Source of the DNA: Candidatus Saccharimonadota bacterium
GTDB lineage: Bacteria; Patescibacteriota; Saccharimonadia; CAILAD01; GCA-016700035
Direction of reading: 5' to 3'
DNA: 61,511 nucleotides
Assembly: GCA_046350755.1 (NCBI GenBank)
Contig: JAXLZV010000003.1
Coordinates: 1-61,511 of the forward strand
The position numbers and the translations under genes were made by a program. Below the pieces are notes generated by a model. That model ran no database searches, was not told the origin of the DNA, and was given only the letters and a program-made list of their open reading frames with translations. Below are positions 28,824 to 37,884 of this stretch, one piece after another; the stretch's first letter is position 1, and every line of letters starts with the position of its first letter.

Positions 28824-30719
28824 GTGGCGATCTTGCCAGGCAGTGGAGAGACATCACGGTCGTCTCATCAGATGGATTACCGGTATGTCCGTTGGTGCTT
28901 GGGGGTAGTAGTTATCAGTGCGTTGCTGCTCATTGGCCAGCTCTTTCAGTTGCAGGTGGTGCAGGGCGCGCGCAACCAAGCCTTAGCTGATGGTAATCGT
29001 ATCCGTCAGAACGTCATTCGAGCTCCTCGCGGCGCGATTTATGATAGCAAGGGTGTGCTGCTGGCACGCAATGTGGCTAACTTTGACCTAGTCGTAATCC
29101 CGGCCCGATTACCAAAAAAAGCACCTGATCGTGATGCGTTGTATGCCAAGTTGGGGGCTATCATTGCCAGGCCAGCCGCCGACATTAAGGCGGTCGTCGA
29201 AAAAGATACTCTGGCTACGCCGCTGCCTGTCTTGCTGCAAGAGAATGTCGATCGTGAGATTGCGTTATCGATCGAAGAGCAGATTACTGACCTACCGGGA
29301 GTTGATCTTGATACGAACCCGGTGCGCGAATATCTTGATGGTGGACAGCTGTCCCACTTTCTCGGCTATACCGGGCGAGTGTCGGCAGATGATTTAAAGA
29401 AAGCTCAAGCCGCTACCAGCTATCGACCGACCGATTTTATCGGTAAGCTGGGCATCGAACGGGCTTATGAAAGCGATTTACGCGGGAATAATGGGGCCGA
29501 GCAAACGGAAGTCGACGCGACTGGCAAACCGATTAAGGTCTTAGCGTCCAAGGATCCAGTGGCGGGCAACTCCTTGAAGCTATCGATTAATTTTGGCTTG
29601 CAAAAAGCGATGTCGGATGCGCTCGCTCGCGAAGTCAATGCGGCTGGCTCCGGTCGGGGTGCCGCGGTCGCTATGGACCCTCGAACAGGCCAGATTTTGG
29701 CAGCCGCTAACTATCCCAGCTACGATAATAACCTTTTCGCCCGCGGCATCAAGCAAGCCGATTATCAATCCTTACTGAATAACGAGAATCGCCCGCTCTT
29801 TAATAAGGTGGCTGGTGGTGGCTATCCAGTTGGCTCAACGATCAAGCCATTCGTGTCGGCCGCAGCGTTTCAGGAAAAGGTGATCAATACATCGACCGTA
29901 ATTCAGGATAATGGCAAGATTGAAGTCCCAAACATGTATGATCCATCGATCGTATATACCTTCAAAGGCTGGAAGCCAGAGGGCTTGGGTAGCGTTGATG
30001 TGTTTAAGGCGATCTCTATGAGCTCGGATGTCTTTTACTATACGGTTGGCGGTGGCTATCAGAATTTTAAGGGTCTAGGCGTGACTCGACTGCTGTCGTA
30101 TTACAGTAAATTTGGTTTTGGTTCAAAAACCGGCCTCGATATCGGTGACGAAACGGCGGGATCAATGCCGAGCCCTGAAAAGAAAAAGAAAGCCACTGGT
30201 GAAACTTGGGGAGTAGGTGACACCTATAATATTTCGATTGGACAGGGGGACTTTATGGCTAGCCCATTACAGCTGGCGACCGCCCTCAGCTCCATCGTGA
30301 ATGGCGGCACACTTTATAAGCCATACTTAGTCAAAGAAATTACCGATGAAAACGGTAAGCTTGTGAAAACTGTTCAGCCACAGGTTACTCGCAGTAACTT
30401 GATAAGCCCAGAGTATCTCGCGCTAGTTCGCAAGGGCATGCGTCAAACCGTAGAATCGGGGACTGGTTGCTGCTCGATTAATCGTGAAGTTCCGGTGCCG
30501 GTGGCCGGGAAAACTGGCACGGCCGAAACGAGTTCGGAGGGCTATGATGGCAAGAATCCCCGCACCAAGCCTCATGCTTGGTTTGAAGCCTATGCACCGA
30601 GTGATAATCCCGAAATAGTCGTCGTTGCACTGGTGGAGTACTCCGGCGAGGGGGCTGAATATGCCCTGCCGGTCGTTCGCGATACCCTCAAGTGGTACTT
30701 TACAGAAGGAAAGAAGTAG
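28824..30719 (+). CDS. mrdA: Penicillin-binding protein 2 (true start may be ATC at 28731)
   Basis: RAPRGAIYD, GSTIKPF (SxxK), SSD, KTGTAE; N-terminal TM. Confidence 0.95.
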   Translation: MAILPGSGETSRSSHQMDYRYVRWCLGVVVISALLLIGQLFQLQVVQGARNQALADGNRIRQNVIRAPRGAIYDSKGVLLARNVANFDLVVIPARLPKKAPDRDALYAKLGAIIARPAADIKAVVEKDTLATPLPVLLQENVDREIALSIEEQITDLPGVDLDTNPVREYLDGGQLSHFLGYTGRVSADDLKKAQAATSYRPTDFIGKLGIERAYESDLRGNNGAEQTEVDATGKPIKVLASKDPVAGNSLKLSINFGLQKAMSDALAREVNAAGSGRGAAVAMDPRTGQILAAANYPSYDNNLFARGIKQADYQSLLNNENRPLFNKVAGGGYPVGSTIKPFVSAAAFQEKVINTSTVIQDNGKIEVPNMYDPSIVYTFKGWKPEGLGSVDVFKAISMSSDVFYYTVGGGYQNFKGLGVTRLLSYYSKFGFGSKTGLDIGDETAGSMPSPEKKKKATGETWGVGDTYNISIGQGDFMASPLQLATALSSIVNGGTLYKPYLVKEITDENGKLVKTVQPQVTRSNLISPEYLALVRKGMRQTVESGTGCCSINREVPVPVAGKTGTAETSSEGYDGKNPRTKPHAWFEAYAPSDNPEIVVVALVEYSGEGAEYALPVVRDTLKWYFTEGKK

Positions 30720-30747
30720 GCTTTTGTTCACGTCAGTCGGCAACTGC

Positions 30748-30880
30748 TTGACCTGCCAATTAACGGCGTGCGATAATACGTCGCGACAAGGATTACAACC
30801 TGAAGGCAGACTCTACGTAAGAGAGGCTCATGGCAGCCTTTTTTACGTAGGGAAGAGCCTCTCGGCGAAAGGAGCTAATT
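30748..30880 (+). promoter_or_regulatory. greA promoter and structured leader with alternative pairings
   Basis: TTGACC-N18-GATAAT; 17-bp stem 30811-30852 versus 9-bp stem 30821-30829/30855-30863. Confidence 0.6.
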
Positions 30881-31342
30881 GTGAATAAGAAATCATTTTA
30901 CGTTACGAGCGATGGGCTGGAGAAGCTCAGAGAAGAACTTGATGATTTGGTCAATGTGCAACGCAAGAAGATTGCCGCTGCGCTGAAAGAAGCTAAAGAA
31001 TTTGGCGATCTATCGGAAAACGCCAGTTGGGACGACGCCAAAGAGCGCCAAGCATTTATCGAAGGGCGTATCGCTGAGATCGAAAATATCCTCAAGAATG
31101 CTGTCGCGATCGAAAAAGGCAAAGGCGATATCGTAGCAGTTGGCTCAACCGTCCACGTTGAGCTAGAAGAGGGTGAGCAGCAGTTTAGTATCGTCGGTTC
31201 AACTGAAGCCGATCCTGAACTCGGCAAGATCTCAAATGAGAGTCCGATCGGAAAGGCACTGTTAGGCAAGAAACCGGGTGATGAAGTTGAAGTCCAGGTA
31301 CCGGCCGGAACAATCACCTATAAGATTACAAAGATCGCCTAA
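30881..31342 (+). CDS. greA: Transcription elongation factor GreA
   Basis: EAKEFGDLSENASWDDAKE, ISNESPIGKALLG; AAAGGAG SD, GTG start. Confidence 0.97.
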   Translation: MNKKSFYVTSDGLEKLREELDDLVNVQRKKIAAALKEAKEFGDLSENASWDDAKERQAFIEGRIAEIENILKNAVAIEKGKGDIVAVGSTVHVELEEGEQQFSIVGSTEADPELGKISNESPIGKALLGKKPGDEVEVQVPAGTITYKITKIA

Positions 31343-31378
31343 TTCCTCGTACGCGCACAGCTTCCGTCATTTGTTCAC

Positions 31379-31405
31379 AAACCCGCTGCGCTATCGGCGG
31401 GTTTT
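31379..31405 (+). terminator. Intrinsic terminator of greA
   Basis: AAACCCGC/GCGGGTTTT. Confidence 0.7.
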
Positions 31406-31447
31406 CTGATAGAGTACATATAATAACGAGCCGTTAAGTTTTTACCA

Positions 31448-33007
31448 ATGAATCCTGAATCCACCCCATCTAAATACTGGCTAGCCCAACTCCTTGACCT
31501 GATTACTGAACGCAAGTCAGCCGGTCGAGTTGTTGTGGCCTCAGGCATTACCCCGTCGGGGCCGTATCATGTCGGGCATTCGCGCGAGATTTTGACGGCC
31601 GAGGCAATCCGCCGTGGTCTTGAGACGCGTGGGCGTGAGGCGCTTCATATTCATAATGTCGATGATTTTGACGCCCTAAGAAAGCGCTACGATTATCTAC
31701 CGGAGCGCTTTGAGACTGAGGTTGGCAAGCCGGTTTATCTCGTGCCTTCACCGACTGATGATGGTTTGAGCTATGCGGATCACTTTTTTAACAGTTATGC
31801 GGCAGCTGCTGAGAAGTTAGCGATTCCTATGGAGATTTGGCGCTCGCACGAGGAATATCAGCGCGGGGTATTTGCCGACGCAATTGTGACCGCTTTAGAG
31901 CGTCGGGATGATATCGCCCGGCTGCTACAATTGATCTCCAGCCGTGAAGTGCCTGCGGACTGGCAGCCGGTGCAGGTTCTCGATGTGACGACCAGTAGCT
32001 TGCGAACCGCCGAGTTTTTACGTTTCGATGCAAGTAGTCGGTCGGTTGAATATCGGGCCGGAGATGGTTCGGTGCATCAGGCCGATATCACAGCTGGACA
32101 GGTTAAGCTCGATTGGCGAGTTGATTGGCCAGCACGTTGGGCCATTCTCGGGGTAGATGTCGAAGGTTTCGGCAAAGAGCATGCCACGAAGGGTGGTAGC
32201 TATGATACGGGAGCGGCGATAGTGCGAGAAATATTCCAGGCTGAGCCACCGATTCCTGTACCCTTTAATCCCATCCATCTGCACGGTGAGACGAAAAAGA
32301 TGAGCTCTTCTTTAGGTAACCTGATCACGATTGAAGATGCCCTCGAGGTTATTCCTCCCGACATTCTGCGCTATTTTGTGTTTAAGAGTTTGCCGAATAA
32401 AGTCCTGAGTTTCGACCCGGGCTTGGGTATGGCGCAGCTGATTGATGAGTATGCGGCTACTGAGACGGCGGCTCAGGCTGGAGAGCCGGCCGAGTTTGCG
32501 GAAGCATGGGCAGTATCGGTCCTGGATGCCGCACACGCGACGGTTTCGACGGTACCTTTCACCCATCTAGCGACGGTATATCAGACGGCTCGAGGTGATG
32601 TCGGGCGGGTACTCAGCTTGCTGCGGGGAACTCATCCGGGGGCGGTTGATACACAAGCTAGCGTGATTGAACGCGAGCTTGTGTATCTCGAGCGCTGGCT
32701 GCAGCAATTTGCTCCCGACTCAATCAAATTTGAAATTCAAGATGCACTGCCTGCTTGCGAGCTTGATAGTGACGAGCAACGTTACGGCGACGAGCTGGCC
32801 AATCGGCTCGAGCAGACAGCTTGGGAGGGTGAAGCGCTACAGGTGGTTATTTTTGCGACTGCTCAGGCGCAAGGATTAGCACCGCGGACTGCCTTCAAGA
32901 CGCTCTATCGACTGTTTCTTGATCGTGAGGCTGGTCCTAAGCTGGGGCCATTTCTGGCTAGTCTTGAGCCAGAATTTGTGATTCGGCGCATCCGTCGACT
33001 TGGCTAG
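31448..33007 (+). CDS. lysS: Lysine--tRNA ligase, class I
   Basis: SGITPSGPYHVGH (HIGH-like), KLDWRVDWPARW, GKEHATKGGS, KMSSSLGN, GPKLGPF. Confidence 0.95.
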   Translation: MNPESTPSKYWLAQLLDLITERKSAGRVVVASGITPSGPYHVGHSREILTAEAIRRGLETRGREALHIHNVDDFDALRKRYDYLPERFETEVGKPVYLVPSPTDDGLSYADHFFNSYAAAAEKLAIPMEIWRSHEEYQRGVFADAIVTALERRDDIARLLQLISSREVPADWQPVQVLDVTTSSLRTAEFLRFDASSRSVEYRAGDGSVHQADITAGQVKLDWRVDWPARWAILGVDVEGFGKEHATKGGSYDTGAAIVREIFQAEPPIPVPFNPIHLHGETKKMSSSLGNLITIEDALEVIPPDILRYFVFKSLPNKVLSFDPGLGMAQLIDEYAATETAAQAGEPAEFAEAWAVSVLDAAHATVSTVPFTHLATVYQTARGDVGRVLSLLRGTHPGAVDTQASVIERELVYLERWLQQFAPDSIKFEIQDALPACELDSDEQRYGDELANRLEQTAWEGEALQVVIFATAQAQGLAPRTAFKTLYRLFLDREAGPKLGPFLASLEPEFVIRRIRRLG

Positions 33008-33025
33008 AGCTGGTATACTAGAAGT

Positions 33026-34252
33026 ATGATAAATTTACAGTTTCTACGCGAGAATCCTGATGTGGTTCGTGAATCAATCTTGCGTCGTGGTATGAAGGTC
33101 GATCTTGATCGATGGTTAGTTCTTGATGCGCGCCGGGCTGAACTGATTCCTGAAGTCGAGGCGGCACGGTCAAAGTTTAAGCTCAAGGGTAAGCCGAACC
33201 CCGAAGAGTTAGAAGCATTACAGATAGCCAAGACTCAGTTGGCCGAGCATGAAGAAGAGCTGAGTTATGTTGAGGCCGAGTGGCAGCGCTTACTCGAGGA
33301 TTTACCGAATATCATTGCCGACGGTACGCCGGACGGAGGCGAGGAAGCGAATCGCGAAGAGCGCAAAGGTGGTGTCCAGCCGAGCTTTGACTTTCAACCA
33401 AAGGATCATCTGGAGCTCAATGACCAGTTGAGATTTGTAGATTTTGAGTCAGGCGCAAAAGTAGCCGGTAGCCGTTTCTACTATTTGCGCGGCCCAGGAG
33501 TGAGACTTTGGGACGCCATACTGACCTTAGCTAAGCAGGTACTCACTGAGCATGGTTTTGAGCTACTGTATGTCCCGCATATGGTGAATAGCCGGGTAGC
33601 TGCCGGGACCGGATTTTTGCCGCGTGGGGAAGAGCGCCAAATCTACAAAACTGAAGATGTCGATTTGAATCTTATTGCCACGGCCGAGCTACCATTGACC
33701 GGCCTCTATATGGACTCGGAAGTAGACGTCACAGAGCCGACTAAGTTGGCAGCAGTGAGCCCGTGCTACCGGATGGAAGCCGGCACGTATGGTAAGTTTT
33801 CAAAGGGTCTCTATCGAGTGCATCAGTTTGAAAAGCTCGAGATGTATGTCTATGCGCAGCCGGGGCAGGGCGAGTCGATTCTGGAGCAGATTTTGGCGGT
33901 TGAGGAGGAGCTCTGTGAGCGACTGGAGATCCCTTATCGTGTCGTTCGTATCGCTGCCGGTGATCTGTCGGCACCAGCTTATAAAAAATACGACGTCGAG
34001 TATTGGAGTCCGGTGGATCAGAGCTATAAAGAGCTGACGAGCTGTAGTGATTGCACTGATTATCAGGCGCGACGCCTGAATGTTCGCGCTCGGGCCGAGG
34101 ATGGCACTTTGACCTATCCTCATACGCTGAATGGCACTGCCGTCACCTCGAGTCGTACGCTCATCGCGATTCTTGAGAATCATCAGACGGCTGAGGGTCG
34201 CGTGAAGTTACCAGCCGCATTAGCCGAAATTTATGGAGGAGAATTTTTATGA
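33026..34252 (+). CDS. serS: Serine--tRNA ligase
   Basis: N-terminal coiled arm, LIATAELP, YRMEAG..GLYRVHQFEK, ELTSCSDCTDYQARRL, HTLNGT. Confidence 0.97.
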   Translation: MINLQFLRENPDVVRESILRRGMKVDLDRWLVLDARRAELIPEVEAARSKFKLKGKPNPEELEALQIAKTQLAEHEEELSYVEAEWQRLLEDLPNIIADGTPDGGEEANREERKGGVQPSFDFQPKDHLELNDQLRFVDFESGAKVAGSRFYYLRGPGVRLWDAILTLAKQVLTEHGFELLYVPHMVNSRVAAGTGFLPRGEERQIYKTEDVDLNLIATAELPLTGLYMDSEVDVTEPTKLAAVSPCYRMEAGTYGKFSKGLYRVHQFEKLEMYVYAQPGQGESILEQILAVEEELCERLEIPYRVVRIAAGDLSAPAYKKYDVEYWSPVDQSYKELTSCSDCTDYQARRLNVRARAEDGTLTYPHTLNGTAVTSSRTLIAILENHQTAEGRVKLPAALAEIYGGEFL

Positions 34253-34605
34253 TTAAACACACTATTACCGCTCGCAAATTAGAAGTTGATCAGGAGCTCA
34301 AAGAATACATCGAGCGCAAACTCGGTCGACTTGATAAATATTTCCCACGTACCCATCAGCCGGAGTCGATGCGGGTTGAGCTCCATCGCGACGAAGCGGC
34401 CGAGCCGGATAAGCGCTATCACGTTACGGCGCAAATTTCCGTTAGCGGACCAGATTTGCAGGCTGAAACGGCTACCATTAATCCGCATAGTGCAGTCGAC
34501 ATCATCGAAGCCAAGCTCAAGGACAAGATTCGCAAATATAAGGCGAAGCATTCACCGCGCCGTTTCACGCTCAAGCGTGAAACTCCCCAACCGCAAGAAG
34601 ATTGA
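34249..34605 (+). CDS. hpf: Ribosome hibernation factor HPF/RaiA (short form)
   Basis: LKEYIERKLGRLDKYF, HSAVDIIEAKLKDKIRKYK. Confidence 0.9.
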   Translation: MIKHTITARKLEVDQELKEYIERKLGRLDKYFPRTHQPESMRVELHRDEAAEPDKRYHVTAQISVSGPDLQAETATINPHSAVDIIEAKLKDKIRKYKAKHSPRRFTLKRETPQPQED

Positions 34606-34691
34606 CGCATTCTGTAGCCTGGAGTATATTCTGGGTATTCTGAACAAACCTGTTCGATGTACCCAGAATCTTCTACCCCCAGGAGAAAATC

Positions 34692-35111
34692 ATGGCACTT
34701 GTACGAGCTACTTGTGATAGTTGTGGTGATGTCGAGCTCAAGTCTCACGACATCTGGACGAATCGCATTACCGATGGAGCAGTCACGATCCTGCGTCAGT
34801 ATGGCTTCCAATGCCCGGCTTGCCGCCAGTTCACTTTGCGGCCAGCTGATGAGCATGTCATCAGTGTTCTCCGTGCGACCGGCGTGGTGATGCGCGAGAT
34901 TGATGCGCGGTCAGTTTGGCCGACCGGTGTCGACCTGGCAGCTAGCCCGTTCAATCATGATGATTTGCTCGAATTCCATCGCCGACTGTGGGGGAGTTTT
35001 GAGAATTATCCCCCCCATAACTCTCCGGTCATGGATGAGGCTGCCGCCGATTTGGATTCGATAGCACTCAAGCGTGGCTTGGCTCGGATTCGGAGAGCCT
35101 TTGTTAGCTAG
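34692..35111 (+). CDS. Hypothetical zinc-ribbon protein (CxxC...CxxC)
   Basis: RATCDSCGDVEL...FQCPAC...HDDLLEFH; TTGACG-N17-TATATT promoter, AGGAG SD. Confidence 0.8.
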   Translation: MALVRATCDSCGDVELKSHDIWTNRITDGAVTILRQYGFQCPACRQFTLRPADEHVISVLRATGVVMREIDARSVWPTGVDLAASPFNHDDLLEFHRRLWGSFENYPPHNSPVMDEAAADLDSIALKRGLARIRRAFVS

Positions 35112-35130
35112 GTCAGTCAATCGCTGATGG

Positions 35131-35162
35131 CCCGCCCTTATATAGGGGGCGGGATTTTTTTG
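35131..35162 (+). terminator. Intrinsic terminator
   Basis: CCCGCCCT-TATAT-AGGGGGCGGG followed by a T-run. Confidence 0.75.
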
Positions 35163-35186
35163 TATCTGGTATAATAATCAGGTTAT

Positions 35187-37811
35187 ATGGCAAATCTTTT
35201 TCAGAAAATTTTTGGTGATCCCAATGAGCGCGAGGTAAAAAAAGCTCGCGTGCGGGTTGAGCGTATCAACGCTCTAGAAGCCGAGATCAAAGCACTATCT
35301 GATAAGGACCTCAAGGCTGAGACCGCAACACTCAAGGCCGAACTTTCAGCCGGTAAGAAGCTTGATGACGTACTTGAGCGCGCTTTTGCAGTTGTCCGCG
35401 AAACTAGTCGACGCGTCCTGAAAATGCGTCATTTTGACGTTCAGCTGATCGGTGGGATCGTGTTGCATGAAGGTAAGATCGCCGAAATGAAAACCGGTGA
35501 AGGTAAGACACTAGTTGCCACTGCCCCGGTTTACCTCAATGCCCTAACAGGCAATGGGGTGCACGTGATTAGTGTGAATGATTACCTAGTACGTCGTGAT
35601 GCCGGCTGGATGGCGCAAATATACCATTTTCTTGGCTTGACAACTGGTATTATTACTCATGAATCGGCGTTTATTTATGATCCTACGTATGTCAATGAGG
35701 AGCATACTGATGTCCGGCTGCGTCACCTGAAGCCAGTGACGCGTCGCGAGGCGTACCAAGCTGACATCACCTACGGGACAAATAATGAGTTTGGCTTTGA
35801 TTACCTGCGCGACAACATGGTGCAGGACATTGATCAAATGGTCCAACGCGAGTTATCGTTTGCGATAGTCGACGAAGTTGACTCAATTCTGATTGACGAA
35901 GCCCGTACGCCGCTGATTATTTCGCAGCCCCATGCTAAGTCGACCGACCGCTACTATACGTTTGCCAAGATTGCGAAGAGCCTGGTGCCGGGCGAGGATT
36001 ACGAGCTGGACGAGAAGCAAAAAGCCGTTAGTATCTCGGAAGACGGCATTACAAAGATTGAGAAAGCCCTCGGTGTAGATAACGTCTATGAAGCGGGTCG
36101 TATCGAGGATGTACATCATATTGAATCGGCTTTGAAGGCTGAGGCGGTTTTTCTCAAAGATCGTGATTATGTTGTGACGCCCGACGGCGAGATCGTTATT
36201 GTTGATGAGTTTACCGGTCGTCTCCTACCGGGTCGTCGCTATAGCGAGGGTTTGCACCAGGCAATTGAGGCAAAGGAAGGCGTACAAATTCAGCAAGAGA
36301 GTCAGACGCTGGCAACGATCTCGTTTCAAAATCTCTTCCGACTTTACACTAAGCTAGCCGGTATGACGGGTACCGCCGCCACTGAAGCTGAGGAATTTGG
36401 CAAAATTTATAAACTCGAAGTAACTACCATCCCGACTCATCAGCCGATGATTCGGCAGGATTTGCCAGATCGCGTGTATAAGACACTGAAAGGTAAGTTT
36501 ACGGCCGTGGTGGAAGATGTGCGCGAGCGCCATGAGAAGGGCCAGCCAGTGCTGTTGGGAACCGTTTCAATCGAGAAAAATGAGTTGCTCTCTCGTATGC
36601 TTACCCAAGCCGGAGTCAAACACACCGTCTTAAATGCCAAGAATAATGAAGCTGAGGCCGACATTGTTGCGGCGGCGGGTCAAAAAGGTGCCGTCACCTT
36701 AGCGACTAACATCGCCGGTCGTGGTACGGACATTGTGCTGGGTGAAGGTGTGACCGAAGTTGGTGGCCTGCATGTGATTGGTACAGAACGTCATGAGAGC
36801 CGTCGAATCGACAATCAGCTGCGAGGTCGGGCAGGACGACAGGGCGATCCAGGATCGAGCCAATTCTACGTATCGATGGAAGACGATCTGATGCGTATCT
36901 TTGGGAGTGAGCGGTTGAGCTCGATGATGGACAGCTTAGGTTTGCCGGAAGACACGCCGATTGAGAATAGTATGGTGAGTCGGTCGCTCGAATCAGCTCA
37001 GAAGAAGGTCGAAGGGCACAACTTCGATACCCGTAAACACTTGGTCGATTATGACGACGTCATGAACCAGCACCGCGAGATTATTTACGCCCGTCGTCGA
37101 GCGATTCTCAAACAAGATTCGTTGAAGGATGATCTTATGCCACTGTTTGAGGCCGAATTCCGGGGTGCTATCACCGCTGCCACCGACGTCCAGACCGAAC
37201 ACTTAGATCTGGATAAACTGGCAGATCAGATTCGAACCGTCATCCCGCTCGATAGAGATTGGGTGAAGCAGCAAGACCGACGCGATGCTGATCATCTGGT
37301 GGATAGGTTTATGAAGCAGGCTGAGGAGATGTACCGCCAGCGCACGATGGAGTTTGGCGATGATGGCATGATGGTGATCGAGCGCCTGGTGAGCCTCAAG
37401 ACGATTGATTCGGCTTGGCTCGAGCACCTTGAGGCGATGGATCACCTCCGTGACGGCATTGGTCTGCGGGGCTATGGTCAGCGTGATCCATTGGTTGAAT
37501 ATAAGCAGGAAGCATTCCGAATGTTTGGTATGCTTCAGGCACGGATTGATAGTGAAATCGTTCATACTCTCTTTAAGGTGAAACTCGAGCTGAATGCTCC
37601 GAGTGAAGCGCCGATTGAGACCGAAATAACGCGCGGTGCTGATCGAGCGATTGCCTCCGGACCGAGTGAGTCAGGGGCAATTGAGACTGAGAAAGCGGTT
37701 GCTAAGGCTAAGCGTCAAGCCGAACGTTCTGGCCATGAGGCGGGTCCGATTCATCGGGTTGGTAGTCAGTCGGTCAAGAAAAAGATGAAGAAAAAGAAAA
37801 AGCGCCGCTAA
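35187..37811 (+). CDS. secA: Preprotein translocase ATPase SecA
   Basis: [49 protein letters not shown]. Confidence 0.98.
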   Translation: MANLFQKIFGDPNEREVKKARVRVERINALEAEIKALSDKDLKAETATLKAELSAGKKLDDVLERAFAVVRETSRRVLKMRHFDVQLIGGIVLHEGKIAEMKTGEGKTLVATAPVYLNALTGNGVHVISVNDYLVRRDAGWMAQIYHFLGLTTGIITHESAFIYDPTYVNEEHTDVRLRHLKPVTRREAYQADITYGTNNEFGFDYLRDNMVQDIDQMVQRELSFAIVDEVDSILIDEARTPLIISQPHAKSTDRYYTFAKIAKSLVPGEDYELDEKQKAVSISEDGITKIEKALGVDNVYEAGRIEDVHHIESALKAEAVFLKDRDYVVTPDGEIVIVDEFTGRLLPGRRYSEGLHQAIEAKEGVQIQQESQTLATISFQNLFRLYTKLAGMTGTAATEAEEFGKIYKLEVTTIPTHQPMIRQDLPDRVYKTLKGKFTAVVEDVRERHEKGQPVLLGTVSIEKNELLSRMLTQAGVKHTVLNAKNNEAEADIVAAAGQKGAVTLATNIAGRGTDIVLGEGVTEVGGLHVIGTERHESRRIDNQLRGRAGRQGDPGSSQFYVSMEDDLMRIFGSERLSSMMDSLGLPEDTPIENSMVSRSLESAQKKVEGHNFDTRKHLVDYDDVMNQHREIIYARRRAILKQDSLKDDLMPLFEAEFRGAITAATDVQTEHLDLDKLADQIRTVIPLDRDWVKQQDRRDADHLVDRFMKQAEEMYRQRTMEFGDDGMMVIERLVSLKTIDSAWLEHLEAMDHLRDGIGLRGYGQRDPLVEYKQEAFRMFGMLQARIDSEIVHTLFKVKLELNAPSEAPIETEITRGADRAIASGPSESGAIETEKAVAKAKRQAERSGHEAGPIHRVGSQSVKKKMKKKKKRR

Positions 37812-37831
37812 AGCTGGTTTCGTAACGTATG

Positions 37832-37859
37832 AATATCCTCCAACTGGAGGATATTTTTG
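37832..37859 (+). terminator. Intrinsic terminator of secA
   Basis: AATATCCTCC-AACT-GGAGGATATT followed by TTT. Confidence 0.8.
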
Positions 37860-37884
37860 TGTGCTATCTGGTATCATAAGGGGA

